From contig CAWAEG010000011.1 of the NCBI GenBank assembly GCA_963780895.1, positions 37,024-101,023 of the forward strand: a stretch of DNA of 64,000 nucleotides, given 5' to 3'. Below the pieces are notes generated by a model, which saw only the letters and a list, made by a program, of their open reading frames with translations, was not told the origin of the DNA and did no database searches. Shown here in pieces: positions 29,403 through 38,963 of the stretch (positions are counted from its first letter, which is position 1; each line of letters opens with the position of its first letter). The position numbers and the translations under genes were made by a program. This DNA is from an uncultured Acidobacteriota bacterium (GTDB taxonomy: Bacteria; Acidobacteriota; Vicinamibacteria; Vicinamibacterales; SCN-69-37).

Positions 29403-30952
29403 GGGCGATCGAGTGATCGTGGCTGGCTGCTGGCCATCTCTGCTGACGGCACCGGGTCGGGCGTGCGCATGCGGGAACCCGCGCGTCGAAAGTCATCATC
29501 CGGGGCCGCGTCGCTCACCGGTGCGCCAAACAGCGCGCGGGACGCGACCTGCCAGACCACGTCCCACTTCGTGGTCGCGAGACGGACGACGTCCCCCGAA
29601 TGCCGCACGAGATAGCCCGGCCGCAGGTAGAAGCGGCGCTTGGCGCGGTTAATCGCGCCCATCACGGTCGGCTCGTCGAGGCCGTTGCCCCGCAGCAGGT
29701 AGTACGAATACTCCATCCGCGTCCAGTCTTCGCTCACGAGCAGGCCTTCGCGCTTGGCCTTGGCGTGCAGCTCCGTGCCGGGGTAGGGCACCGCCGGATA
29801 GAAATTCGCGAAGTCCGGATCGAGCTCGATCGCGTATTGGGTCGTCCGCTCGAGCGACGCGGGCGTCTCGCCCGGATAGCCGAAGATGAAGAAGCCGAAG
29901 GAACGAATGCCGGCGGCGCGCATATTCGCGATCGCGGCCCGGATTTTCTGTCCGTCGAGCCGCTTCATCATGTCCTTGCGCGTGTCTTCGGACTCGGTCT
30001 CGATGCCGAGCGCGAGCATCCAGCATCCCGCCTGACGAAGCCGCCGCACGAACTGCGGGTCGACGAGGTTGTCGGCCCGGGCGTTGCCGAACCATTCGAT
30101 CGGCAGCTTCCGCGCGATCAGCTCTTCGCAGAACGCGGAGAACGTCTTCACGTTGAGCGTGACCGTATCGCCCCAGAGATAGAAGAAGGTGAGACCGAGC
30201 TCCCGATACCCGCGCTCGATTTCGTCCACCAGCGCCTTGGCGCTCTTCTCGCGGAACTTGTGGCCCTGGTGGATCGGCGCCACGCAAAAGTCGCATGAAT
30301 ACGGACAACCCCTCGACGTTTCGACCAGGACGTACGACTTGTTGACGACCGGAAGCCGGTAGACGCCCATATCGAGCAGGTCCCACGCCGGATACGGTGC
30401 GGTCAGAAACCCGGTGAACGTGCCGTGGGCCCGGTGCGGAACGACCTGTCCCTGGCGGCGGAACGTGAGGCTCGGGATCGTGTCGAGCTCGCTCGGCGAG
30501 TCGAGCGCGCCGAGGGCGAGCAGGCCGTCTTCGGGCTCGCCCACGAAGAAACCGTCGACCGAGGGCGCGCGCTCGATCGACTGTTGCGGCGTGGCGGACG
30601 CGAACGCCCCGAACCCGAACACCGGCGCACCGTAGCGCGCCTTCAGCTTCGCCATCTCGGCGGCGTCGGCCTCGAGCGTGGGCGTCGTGCTCGGAAACAC
30701 AATCAGCGTGGGATGAAACTGTTCGGCGTCGAGCCTGGCGATGAGATCGTCGATCGATCGGGCGGTCGCGGTCAGGTCGTCGAGGCGGACGCTCCAGCCC
30801 CGCTCGCGGAACAGGGCGGCGCCCAGCGCCAGCGTATACGGGGGTTTCGTGGTTCCGAGAACTTCTTCCCGTTCCTGACACCGCCCTTGCCGCGTGAACG
30901 CGATGCCGCCCACGAGTGGCGGGTTCACGAAGAGCGTTTTCGCGCCAAGCAT
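29399..30952 (-). CDS. Cobalamin-binding radical SAM protein (class B methyltransferase/HpnJ/BchE-like architecture)
   Basis: N-terminal Rossmann-like B12 domain (VGEPE), SRGCPYSCDFC, GIET, FIFGYPGET and PYPGT. Confidence 0.85.
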   Translation of the reverse strand: MLGAKTLFVNPPLVGGIAFTRQGRCQEREEVLGTTKPPYTLALGAALFRERGWSVRLDDLTATARSIDDLIARLDAEQFHPTLIVFPSTTPTLEADAAEMAKLKARYGAPVFGFGAFASATPQQSIERAPSVDGFFVGEPEDGLLALGALDSPSELDTIPSLTFRRQGQVVPHRAHGTFTGFLTAPYPAWDLLDMGVYRLPVVNKSYVLVETSRGCPYSCDFCVAPIHQGHKFREKSAKALVDEIERGYRELGLTFFYLWGDTVTLNVKTFSAFCEELIARKLPIEWFGNARADNLVDPQFVRRLRQAGCWMLALGIETESEDTRKDMMKRLDGQKIRAAIANMRAAGIRSFGFFIFGYPGETPASLERTTQYAIELDPDFANFYPAVPYPGTELHAKAKREGLLVSEDWTRMEYSYYLLRGNGLDEPTVMGAINRAKRRFYLRPGYLVRHSGDVVRLATTKWDVVWQVASRALFGAPVSDAAPDDDFRRAGSRMRTPDPVPSAEMASSQPRSLDRP

Positions 30953-30962
30953 GTCCGGTTAT

Positions 30963-32144
30963 TTAAGCATGAAGGTCATCTTCATTGCTCAGTTCCACCT
31001 TGCAGCATCTTCGACAGACCGGAAAGAGGCCGCGCTCGACGAGACGCTTCCGGAGCGTGACATAGCGGTCGCCGGTCCAGACGTCCTCGAGCGACTGATG
31101 CGTGAGGTCGCCCACTTCGATGCGGATGAACGGGCAGAAGTACACCTTCCCGCTGAACGAGACGCGCCCGTAGAGAAACGGATACAGGCAGCGCCCGGCG
31201 AGCGCAGCGCCCGGCGTGTAGTAATCGTCGATGATTGACGGACCGACCTTCGGCCGCATGTCGAACCGGACTTTGCGCTCGCGGCACTTGGCGGCGAGCC
31301 GGTCCACCTGCGTGCGGACGCGCGCCGCGTCGAGCCCCGGATCGTGCGTGACGAACGTCGAGATCGCGGATCTGTCGGTGGCGCCCGTGAGACGAACGGT
31401 TTCGTCCACTTCGGCCGGCGTGCTGAACATCAGGTGGTTGAGACCGATCGCGTCCACACCGAGCTCGCCGGCGACGTCGACCATCTCGGTGAGCGACTCG
31501 AGCGTCTCGTGCGCGACGGTTGTGTTGATACTGACGCGCAGCGGCGCCCGTTTCCGTCTGGCGGCCTCCTGCAAGCGTCTGAGGCCCGCGGCCGTGCGCT
31601 CGAACGTGCCCTTCACGCCGCGGGCCCGATCGTGCAGCTCGCCGGGCCCGTCGATCGACACGCTGATGTGCTTGAGGAACCCCGCGGCCGACAGCTCCGC
31701 CAAGGCGTCCGCCCGTTCATCGCTGATGATGGTGCCGTTCGTCGTCAGATAGCCGCAGACGTAGCCCTTGTCGCGGAAGACGCCCATCACGTCGAGGATG
31801 TCCTTCCGCATGAAGATCTCGCCGCCGGTGAAACTGACCTGCAGGCCGTCCTTGTCCGGAAACGCGCGCTGGAGCATCTCGAGCGTCAGCTCCTGCCGCC
31901 AGTCGCCTTCGATGTTCAGCAGATCGCCGACGTAGCAGAACTCACAGTGCAGATTGCACCGCATCGTCGCTTCGTACACGAGCCCTGCGGGCAGCCGGCC
32001 CGCGCGGCCGTCCTTGTCGCGAAGAAAGCCTGCGATGCGTCGTTCGTATTGTCGTCGGCGGAGGCGGGCGAGGGTGTGTGTGAAAAACGGAATCCCGCGG
32101 GTCCGGCGCGCGACGGCCTCACGAATTCCTCGGCCGAGCGTCAT
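30963..32144 (-). CDS. Radical SAM protein with SPASM/twitch domain
   Basis: CNLHCEFC, FTGGE, SIDG, and C-terminal CLYPF...FCPF...CRRCC. Confidence 0.88.
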   Translation of the reverse strand: MTLGRGIREAVARRTRGIPFFTHTLARLRRRQYERRIAGFLRDKDGRAGRLPAGLVYEATMRCNLHCEFCYVGDLLNIEGDWRQELTLEMLQRAFPDKDGLQVSFTGGEIFMRKDILDVMGVFRDKGYVCGYLTTNGTIISDERADALAELSAAGFLKHISVSIDGPGELHDRARGVKGTFERTAAGLRRLQEAARRKRAPLRVSINTTVAHETLESLTEMVDVAGELGVDAIGLNHLMFSTPAEVDETVRLTGATDRSAISTFVTHDPGLDAARVRTQVDRLAAKCRERKVRFDMRPKVGPSIIDDYYTPGAALAGRCLYPFLYGRVSFSGKVYFCPFIRIEVGDLTHQSLEDVWTGDRYVTLRKRLVERGLFPVCRRCCKVELSNEDDLHA

Positions 32145-32160
32145 TCAGGACTCATTGTAC

Positions 32161-32217
32161 AAGGCAGGCTCAAAGGCTCAGGCCCTTTGGCCTTCGGCCA
32201 GTGGCCTTTGGCCTTTC
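32161..32217. repeat. Degenerate AGGC/GCCT heptamer-like array in both orientations
   Basis: aaggcaggctcaaaggctcaggccctttggccttcggccagtggcctttggcctttc. Confidence 0.6.
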
Positions 32218-32220
32218 TTT

Positions 32221-32919
32221 TCACGGCCGCACGAACCGAAGCACATTCAAGAAACACCAGCCCGGAATCGGCAGCAGCTTCGTGAGCAGGCGGTGCAGCG
32301 GCGCGAGCCGTGCCGGCGACTTGCGGATGGCGCGCGTGAGCACCGGCACGGTCGGGAAGATGCCTCGGCGCTCGACGAGCTGGAAGCCCGCCCGGCGCGC
32401 CAAATCCAGGTATTCGCCGATCGGCCGGTCGCCCGGGTGCTTGGCGGCGCTGGCCGTGCGAATGAGGCGGCCGCCGAGCGCGAAATGCACACGTGACTGC
32501 AGGTGCGCGAGATTCGGCACCGTGACGAGCAGCGATCCGCCGGGCTTCACCACCCGAAAGAGCTCCGCGAGCGCGCGTTCCTGATCGTCGAACGCGAGGT
32601 GCTCGAGGACGTCGAGGCACAGCGCGTGATCGAACGATGCGTCGGCATAGGGCAGCGCCGCGAGCGATCCTCGGCGCACGCGGTCCGAGCTGTAATTCGG
32701 ATCGATGCCCTCGATGGCCAGCCGGTTGTGGAATTCGTCGACCAGGACGCCTTCGCCACATCCGGCGTCGAGCACGCGGGCGCCGGCTGGCAGACTCGTG
32801 AGATGAGTGCGGACGCGTTCGAGCTTCGCGAGATACGTCGGGTAGTACTCCCAATCCGGCGAGAGCTCGCGATGGTAGTCGCCGCGTTCGGCGTACTCCC
32901 CCGATCGGGACACGGTCAT
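32221..32919 (-). CDS. Class I SAM-dependent methyltransferase
   Basis: VLDAGCGEG, LDVLEH and VKPGG. ATG 32919 follows TAGAAT by 7 nt. Confidence 0.88.
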   Translation of the reverse strand: MTVSRSGEYAERGDYHRELSPDWEYYPTYLAKLERVRTHLTSLPAGARVLDAGCGEGVLVDEFHNRLAIEGIDPNYSSDRVRRGSLAALPYADASFDHALCLDVLEHLAFDDQERALAELFRVVKPGGSLLVTVPNLAHLQSRVHFALGGRLIRTASAAKHPGDRPIGEYLDLARRAGFQLVERRGIFPTVPVLTRAIRKSPARLAPLHRLLTKLLPIPGWCFLNVLRFVRP

Positions 32920-33021
32920 CGGGGGCATTCTACAGGGACGTACTGGGAGAAGCGGACTCGAAGAGACGCCCTTAAAGGCTCATGTCGTACCGACGAGTGC
33001 TTTCAACTTCGGTGAGTGCGC

Positions 33022-33756
33022 TTAACTCCCCGCACTTCCCGCCGGCGGAGGTGACGTCGGCGGCGGCGGCGTGCCGCCTCGTCCAGGGGCCCCTGGAGCC
33101 GCCGGCACGGGCTGAATCGGCACGAACACGCTCGACGCCGGCACGCCCACGGACGGTGGCGGCGGCGCTGCGGGCCGGTTCGCGTTCGGGTCGGCGCCGC
33201 GCTGGGCCTGGTTCACCGGCGTCACCGGCGGGATCTCATCGTCGGGTGCTCCCGCGGTCGGCATGGGCGGCGGCATGTTGACCGGGGCAAATGAGCCCGT
33301 CGCGGTCGCGGTGCTCGTCGCCAGAATCTGGACGATCTCGAATGCGGAGGCGCCGGACGTGCGCGCCGTGCGCGGCGCGACGATGATGCCGGCCGCGGAG
33401 CGGAGGAGTGAATCGAGTACCTGCAGCTCCGGCACGTTTTCGAACTGCAGCGGCACGAGCATCGCCCGCGAGAGCTTGTCGGCGTTCGGGAAATAACAGC
33501 CGCCGAGGCGGGTCCACTCCGCGAGTATTTCTTGAAGCGTGACGCCTTGCGCAAGGAGGGTCACGTTCCCCTTGCCGTCGAAGGACAGCTGAAGCTTCCT
33601 TTCGGCGGGCGGAGGCTCCTGCGGAACGGCTGCCGGCGCCTCCTGCGGAGCGGCTGCCGGCACCCCGACGGGCACCTGCTGCTGGGCGAACCCGCCAGGG
33701 GCCCCAAAGCCCGCCAGCCCGGCCATCAATGCGACAACGGCTGATAGTGCGCGCAT
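33022..33756 (-). CDS. Secreted Pro/Ala-rich protein with a secretin-N0/STN-like central domain
   Basis: Signal peptide, then VTLLAQGVTLQEILAEW...ENVPELQVLDSLL, with low-complexity flanks. ATG 33756 follows TATACT by 7 nt. Confidence 0.6.
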   Translation of the reverse strand: MRALSAVVALMAGLAGFGAPGGFAQQQVPVGVPAAAPQEAPAAVPQEPPPAERKLQLSFDGKGNVTLLAQGVTLQEILAEWTRLGGCYFPNADKLSRAMLVPLQFENVPELQVLDSLLRSAAGIIVAPRTARTSGASAFEIVQILATSTATATGSFAPVNMPPPMPTAGAPDDEIPPVTPVNQAQRGADPNANRPAAPPPPSVGVPASSVFVPIQPVPAAPGAPGRGGTPPPPTSPPPAGSAGS

Positions 33757-33796
33757 GATCCTCAGTATAAGACGCTGCCCACCGCCTGGCGGGCGG

Positions 33797-34747
33797 TTAG
33801 TACATGAGTTTTCGGATCCAGAGCGGAGAATCTTTCTTCGGGAGGTCGCAAGACCGGCAAATCTCGGGTCCGCCATCGTCGAGGTGCTGCCGCCGGACGG
33901 CGCGATAGGCACGCGAGTTCCAGATCTGCGCAATCGTCGACGTACGCAGGTCGCCGAGGATGTGGCGGCCATCGAAATCCGCGCAGCAGAGCGAGACGCG
34001 ACCGTCCCAGAGGACGGTGAAGGTGAGCCACATCCGGTAGCACGGATAGCGGACTTCCGACTGGGTGTGGAGCGTGCCGGCCCAGTTGTGCAGGTCGGTG
34101 ACGTGGATCTTGTCGGCGATGGCGCGCCACTCCTCGATGAACGCCTGCTCTTCGGCCGAGTTGTGCTGACGGACGAACGAGAGGATGAGCTTCGGGCGCT
34201 TGCGGCCCAGGTCCCCGCGCAGCCTGGCGAGGGTCCGGACGTTGCCCGTCACGTCGTCGTAGTTCAGCTTGAGCCGTGTGCGCTCGAACGTCTCGCGTCC
34301 GCCGGCGTCCACGCTGATGTTGATCGCGTCGAGCCCCGCGTCGATCATCCCGCGCGCAAGCTCCTCGGTGATGAGCGACCCGTTGCTGATCATCCCGACT
34401 TCGGCGATGCCACGCGACTTCGCATACCGCACCTTCTCGACGAGCTGTTTGTCGAGAAAGGGCTCGCCGTAGTTGTGCATGCGCACGTGAGTGATGCCGA
34501 GCGCGGCGCACTCGTCCACGATCTTCTGGAACAGCCCCATCTCCATGACACCCTGCCGGCGGTGCATCTCGTCGCGCGGACAGAACACGCACTTGGCGTT
34601 GCAGAGGTTGGTGCTCTCGATCTGGACGATGTCGGGCAGGCGGATCGCGCGGTCGCGGCCCGTGGCAGCCATCAGGCGGCGGACGGGCCGGGCGTTGGCC
34701 AGGAGCACCCGCTCGACCGCGGATCGGACGCGGACTTTCAATGCCAC
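33797..34747 (-). CDS. Radical SAM protein with SPASM/twitch domain
   Basis: CNAKCVFC, YGEPF, and C-terminal PCYRMW...LCCAD...CRSC. Confidence 0.88.
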   Translation of the reverse strand: MALKVRVRSAVERVLLANARPVRRLMAATGRDRAIRLPDIVQIESTNLCNAKCVFCPRDEMHRRQGVMEMGLFQKIVDECAALGITHVRMHNYGEPFLDKQLVEKVRYAKSRGIAEVGMISNGSLITEELARGMIDAGLDAINISVDAGGRETFERTRLKLNYDDVTGNVRTLARLRGDLGRKRPKLILSFVRQHNSAEEQAFIEEWRAIADKIHVTDLHNWAGTLHTQSEVRYPCYRMWLTFTVLWDGRVSLCCADFDGRHILGDLRTSTIAQIWNSRAYRAVRRQHLDDGGPEICRSCDLPKKDSPLWIRKLMY

Positions 34748-34808
34748 AGACTTCGATTATCGCATTGACCCTGACAAGCGCACGGAATCGCTCGATCGCC
34801 CGCGCTTT

Positions 34809-35771
34809 TCACACTGTCTTGGTGTGTTCAATAACGCGCTTCAGGATTTCGGCGAGGTCCACGGTCGGGCGGTAGCCGATGTATTCGCCGATCTTGGTGA
34901 GATCGGGCACCCGCCTCGGCATGTCCTCGAAGCCCGCGTCGTAGGCCTTTTCGTACGGCACGAACTCGATGGTCGACCGGCTCGAGGCCATCGTCCGGAT
35001 CCGTTCGGCCAGGTCGAGGATCGAAATCTCCTCGGTGTTCCCGATGTTGAAGACCTGTCCGATCGCGCGCGGTTCCTGAGCGAGCTTGATGAGCGCGCCC
35101 ACCACGTCGCTGACGTCGGTGAACGAGCGCGTCTGCTTGCCGTTGCCGAAGACCGTGATCGCTTCGTCCGAGAGCGCCTGACGGACGAAGTTGGGGATGA
35201 CCATGCCGTAGCGTCCCGTCTGGCGAGGGCCCACCGTGTTGAAGAGCCGCGCGACGATCACCGGAAGCTTCCGTTCGCGGTAGTAGGCGAGCGCCAGAAA
35301 CTCGTCGAGGGCCTTGCTGCACGCGTAGGCCCAGCGATGTTTCGGCGTCGGCCCCAGCACGAGGTCCGCGTCCTCGTGGAACGGCACCGCGATGCTCTTG
35401 CCGTAGACCTCGGACGTCGAGAAGATGACGACGAGCCGCCCCTTTTTGCTGGCATGAGTGAGGACGACCTCGGTGCCGTGCACGTTGGTCTCGATCGTCC
35501 GCACCGGCGCCTCGACAATGAGCTTCACGCCCACCGCGGCCGCGAGATGAAAGACGACGTCGGCGCGATCGATCAGCTCGGCGACGAGCGGCTCGTTCAT
35601 CACCGTATCGATGACGTATTCGAATCCCTTGCGGCCTTTGAGGTGGACGATGTTGTCCATCGATCCCGTCGACAGATCGTCGACGACGAGGACGCTGTGG
35701 CCTTGCGCGAGAAGCGCCTCGGCCAGATGCGATCCGACGAACCCGGCGCCGCCGGTGAGAAGGGCCTTCAC
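34809..35771 (-). CDS. NAD-dependent nucleotide-sugar epimerase/decarboxylase (extended SDR)
   Basis: TGGAGFVGS, STSEVYG, YACSK and RLFNTVGPRQ. Confidence 0.9.
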   Translation of the reverse strand: MKALLTGGAGFVGSHLAEALLAQGHSVLVVDDLSTGSMDNIVHLKGRKGFEYVIDTVMNEPLVAELIDRADVVFHLAAAVGVKLIVEAPVRTIETNVHGTEVVLTHASKKGRLVVIFSTSEVYGKSIAVPFHEDADLVLGPTPKHRWAYACSKALDEFLALAYYRERKLPVIVARLFNTVGPRQTGRYGMVIPNFVRQALSDEAITVFGNGKQTRSFTDVSDVVGALIKLAQEPRAIGQVFNIGNTEEISILDLAERIRTMASSRSTIEFVPYEKAYDAGFEDMPRRVPDLTKIGEYIGYRPTVDLAEILKRVIEHTKTV

Positions 35772-35875
35772 GATCGGACCCCGGTGAGATGGAACGTGAG
35801 AACCCGGACGTCAGCAGTAGCCATGCGCGGAGAGAGCGTACACTGAAAGGCGCACCCCGTACCGAGAAGCGCTTT

Positions 35876-37691
35876 TCAGGACCGGACGAGCGATAGGATC
35901 TCGTCCGCGGCGCGAGTGGCGGCGTGGCCGTCCGCGCGCATGCCGTAGCGCGCGGTGAACCGGTCCGCGGCGCGTCCCTGCGCATCGCGGGCGGCCGGAT
36001 CATACAAAAGTGATCGCAGCGACGGCGTCAAGTCGTCGCCGCTCCGCGCCCCTGTCATCGCTCCCGCGTCGACGAACGGCTGCAGATTATTGGGCAGGCC
36101 GATGACCAGCGCCGGCAGGCCGAGCAGGAGGCCGTCGATCGCGACCGTTGAATTCATCGTCACGACGGCGTCCGATGCCGCGAGGAGGCGAGAGAGATCC
36201 GTATCGGCCGGGGCGACCGACGCGTTCGACGTGCCGGCGAGGAACGGGCGATAGAGATCCGCCGTTTCCGCCGGATGGGGCTTGATGATCAAACGGATCG
36301 GCAGCGTCGCGACAGCCGCGACGAGCGCCGGCAACTCGCGTTCGATCTCGATGAACTTTGCCGCGAGGATCGCCAGCGGCTGGTCATCGGCGACGCCAAG
36401 CTCGCGGCGGATCTCCGCACGCGCGGCGCGGAGCTCGGTGAATTGCCGCGCCAGATCGTCGAGCCGCGCGCTCCCGGTGACCCGCAGTGAATCGACCGCC
36501 AATCTGCCCGCCGTCGTCAGGTGCTCGACCGCGTACGTGTCGAACACGAGCGTACGGTCGGGAGCCGGAAAGCCGCGGTCGTCGCCGGACGATTGCATCT
36601 CGTCGGGCTCGTGTAGATAGTTCAGCCAGTGACGGTAGATGAAGCCGTGCTGCAGACCGACCGATCGGACCTGGCGGCGGCGCGCCTCGAGGACGAGCGC
36701 GCGGCCCCAGCCGCCGGCCTCGGCGTAGGTCACGACGACCGAGGGCGAGAGCGCGTCGATCGCGGCGCCGGCTTCGTCCATCGCGCGGACGGACCACGGC
36801 CATTGCAGGAGCGCGGCAGACTCGAGCTCGGCGCGAAGAATGGGCCAGAGATCGCACCCGCGAAACACGCCGGCGGCGCGGACCCCGTCGCCGGCCGTGA
36901 TGGCGCGTGAGAGCTCGTGTCGCCGGCGCCAGAGATCCATGGCGCCGTTCAGGGCCGCGCGCGGTGCGAGCTGTTCGACAGGCGTCACCGCCGGCGGGGA
37001 GGCCGCATGCGGCGCGAGCGGGTGCCACCACCGCCGCGCCCGGAAATTCTGTTTGGGACCGACGCCGACGCACACGAGCGCGTCGCGCCCGGCCCGCGTC
37101 GCGATGGCATCGAGCACCGGACCGACGTAGCCCTCCTGCTGTGGGCCGTCTGCGCCCGCGCCAATTCTCCAGAACGCGGTGTGGACGAACGCAACCACTG
37201 GCGCGGCGGCGGCGGGCGGTCGGGCCGGCCGGGATCGGACCCGCGACAGGCGCGCGGTAAGACCGATCAGATAGCTCGACCAGCTGTGACCGCGTTCGCG
37301 TGCCTGGTCCCCGTGTACCTCGATCGGCACGCCATGCGCGCGGCTGAACGCCTCCGCGGCGGTTCGGACGAGAGCGTCCGCGTCTCGAATCTCGAGTCGA
37401 GACGGCGAGTATCGCTCGCGCGCGGCTTCGAGCGCGAGGATGGTGGCGGCCGCGCGTTCGAGCCGCCGCATCTTGTGCAGATAGAGCTCCGTGAACCACC
37501 AGAGCGAGTCGCCGCGATACGTGAAGCGATCTCGCATCGACTGTTCGCCGTACCTGACGAGACGCAGCCGCTTGATCCACTGGTTGGCCTCGGCGGGCAC
37601 GGCGTCGCGCGCCTCCGGAGAGAGCAACGACGACAAAGGTCTCCTCGATCGATCGGCCCTGCGCCGTAACGGACGCGATCGTCGGCGCCAT
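35876..37691 (-). CDS. GT-B-like surface polysaccharide biosynthesis protein (QHG and KPHP motifs); +1 frameshift near 37640
   Basis: ATG 37691 (MAPTIAS) joins the long ORF after one base is removed. GLQHG, TGSARLD, IKPHPAE and NSTVAIDG. Confidence 0.65.
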
Positions 37692-38879
37692 TCAGAGCAC
37701 CGCCGGCCGTCGCGCGGGCGCCTGGTCCAGCAGGTCGAGCGCGGCTGAGACCACCGTCTCGACGCTGATGCCGTCAAGGCAATCCGGCACGTGTCCGCGG
37801 CATCGCTCCGGCGGCAGGCGCACGCGGCCGCACGGGCTGCAGGGAAGGTCGATCCGGACGACACGTTGATGGGCGGCGATCGGTCCGTAACGTTTCGGGT
37901 TCGAAGGGCCGAACAGCGCGACGATCGGCGCGCCGACTGCGGCGGCAAGGTGCATGGGTCCGGTGTCGCCCGTGATGAAGAGATCCAGCCGCGCCAGGAG
38001 CGCGGCCAGCGCTGGCAGATCCAGCGAACCGCTGACGTCGATGATCGGCAGACCCTCCAGCTCGCGCCGAACCGCGTCGACGAGCGGTCGATCGGCGGCC
38101 GAGCCGGTGAGCACAATCGTCGCGCCTTTCGATTCGGCCAGGCGACGCGCGACCGCGCCGAACCGGTCGAGGTGCCATTGCTTCGATTCACGGCCACCAC
38201 TGGCGTGGACTCCGATGAATGGCTTTCGATGTCCGTGGAGCATTCGTGCCGCCGCGGCGTCCGCTTCCGGCGGCGCGACCAATCGGGCGCTTCGTGGGCC
38301 GTCCTGAGGCGTCAGCGGTCGTCCGGCGGCCCGCGCGATCAACGCGCGCGCGTTCACGCTGACGTGCTGCAGCGGCTCGTACGCCGTCGCGTCCGTGAGC
38401 AACCCTCCGCCGCCCCCGGTCGAGTACCCGAACCGCCGCGGCGCGCCTGTCAGCCACGCGAGAAGATTGCTGCGGATATCGGGCTCGAAATTGACGACAA
38501 CGTCGTAGTGGCATTCGCGCCACTTCAAGGCTTGCCGGATCAACGCGCCGGTCGGCACCTCGGCGTCCGCGCGCGACAGCCATGGCGCGTCGGCCACTTC
38601 GATGCGAGAGATTTCCGGTATCAGCTTCGCGACTGTCAGGTTCCAGGAGCCCACGGCGAGGTCGATCTCCGCGTCCGGCCAGAACTGACGGGCGTCATGA
38701 ATCGCGTCGAGGACCATCAGCAGATCGCCGATGCGTTCGAGCCGCATCAGCAGCACACGACGAACGGGCGTCGGCTGGCGCGGCTGTCGGCGAAGCCAGG
38801 CGACCGGCCCAAGCGCCAGATCGGCAAGGCCCACCAGCAGTCGCTCGCGCGGATCGTAGATCTGGAGATGACGAAACAT
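37692..38879 (-). CDS. GT9 (heptosyltransferase-like) glycosyltransferase
   Basis: ERIGDL, KQW and TGDTGPMHLAAAVGAP...LFGPS. Confidence 0.9.
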   Translation of the reverse strand: MFRHLQIYDPRERLLVGLADLALGPVAWLRRQPRQPTPVRRVLLMRLERIGDLLMVLDAIHDARQFWPDAEIDLAVGSWNLTVAKLIPEISRIEVADAPWLSRADAEVPTGALIRQALKWRECHYDVVVNFEPDIRSNLLAWLTGAPRRFGYSTGGGGGLLTDATAYEPLQHVSVNARALIARAAGRPLTPQDGPRSARLVAPPEADAAAARMLHGHRKPFIGVHASGGRESKQWHLDRFGAVARRLAESKGATIVLTGSAADRPLVDAVRRELEGLPIIDVSGSLDLPALAALLARLDLFITGDTGPMHLAAAVGAPIVALFGPSNPKRYGPIAAHQRVVRIDLPCSPCGRVRLPPERCRGHVPDCLDGISVETVVSAALDLLDQAPARRPAVL

Positions 38880-38885
38880 CGTCAA

Positions 38886-38955
38886 GGGTCAGGTCTTGTA
38901 TTGCGACACTTGCACAAAACCGGCAGGGCAAATGTCGCAATACAAGACCTGACCC
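38886..38955. repeat. GGGTCAGGTCTTG-type REP doublet (REPIN-like), copy A
   Basis: Perfect 23-bp IR at 38886-38908 and 38933-38955. Confidence 0.85.
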
Positions 38956-38963
38956 CTTGCCCC

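Noticed and set aside
29399..34747. RiPP cluster (SPASM maturases plus precursor) or hopanoid hpn cluster
   Set aside because: No convincing precursor peptide, RRE or peptide exporter, and no squalene/hopene genes in the window. The context is glycosylation.
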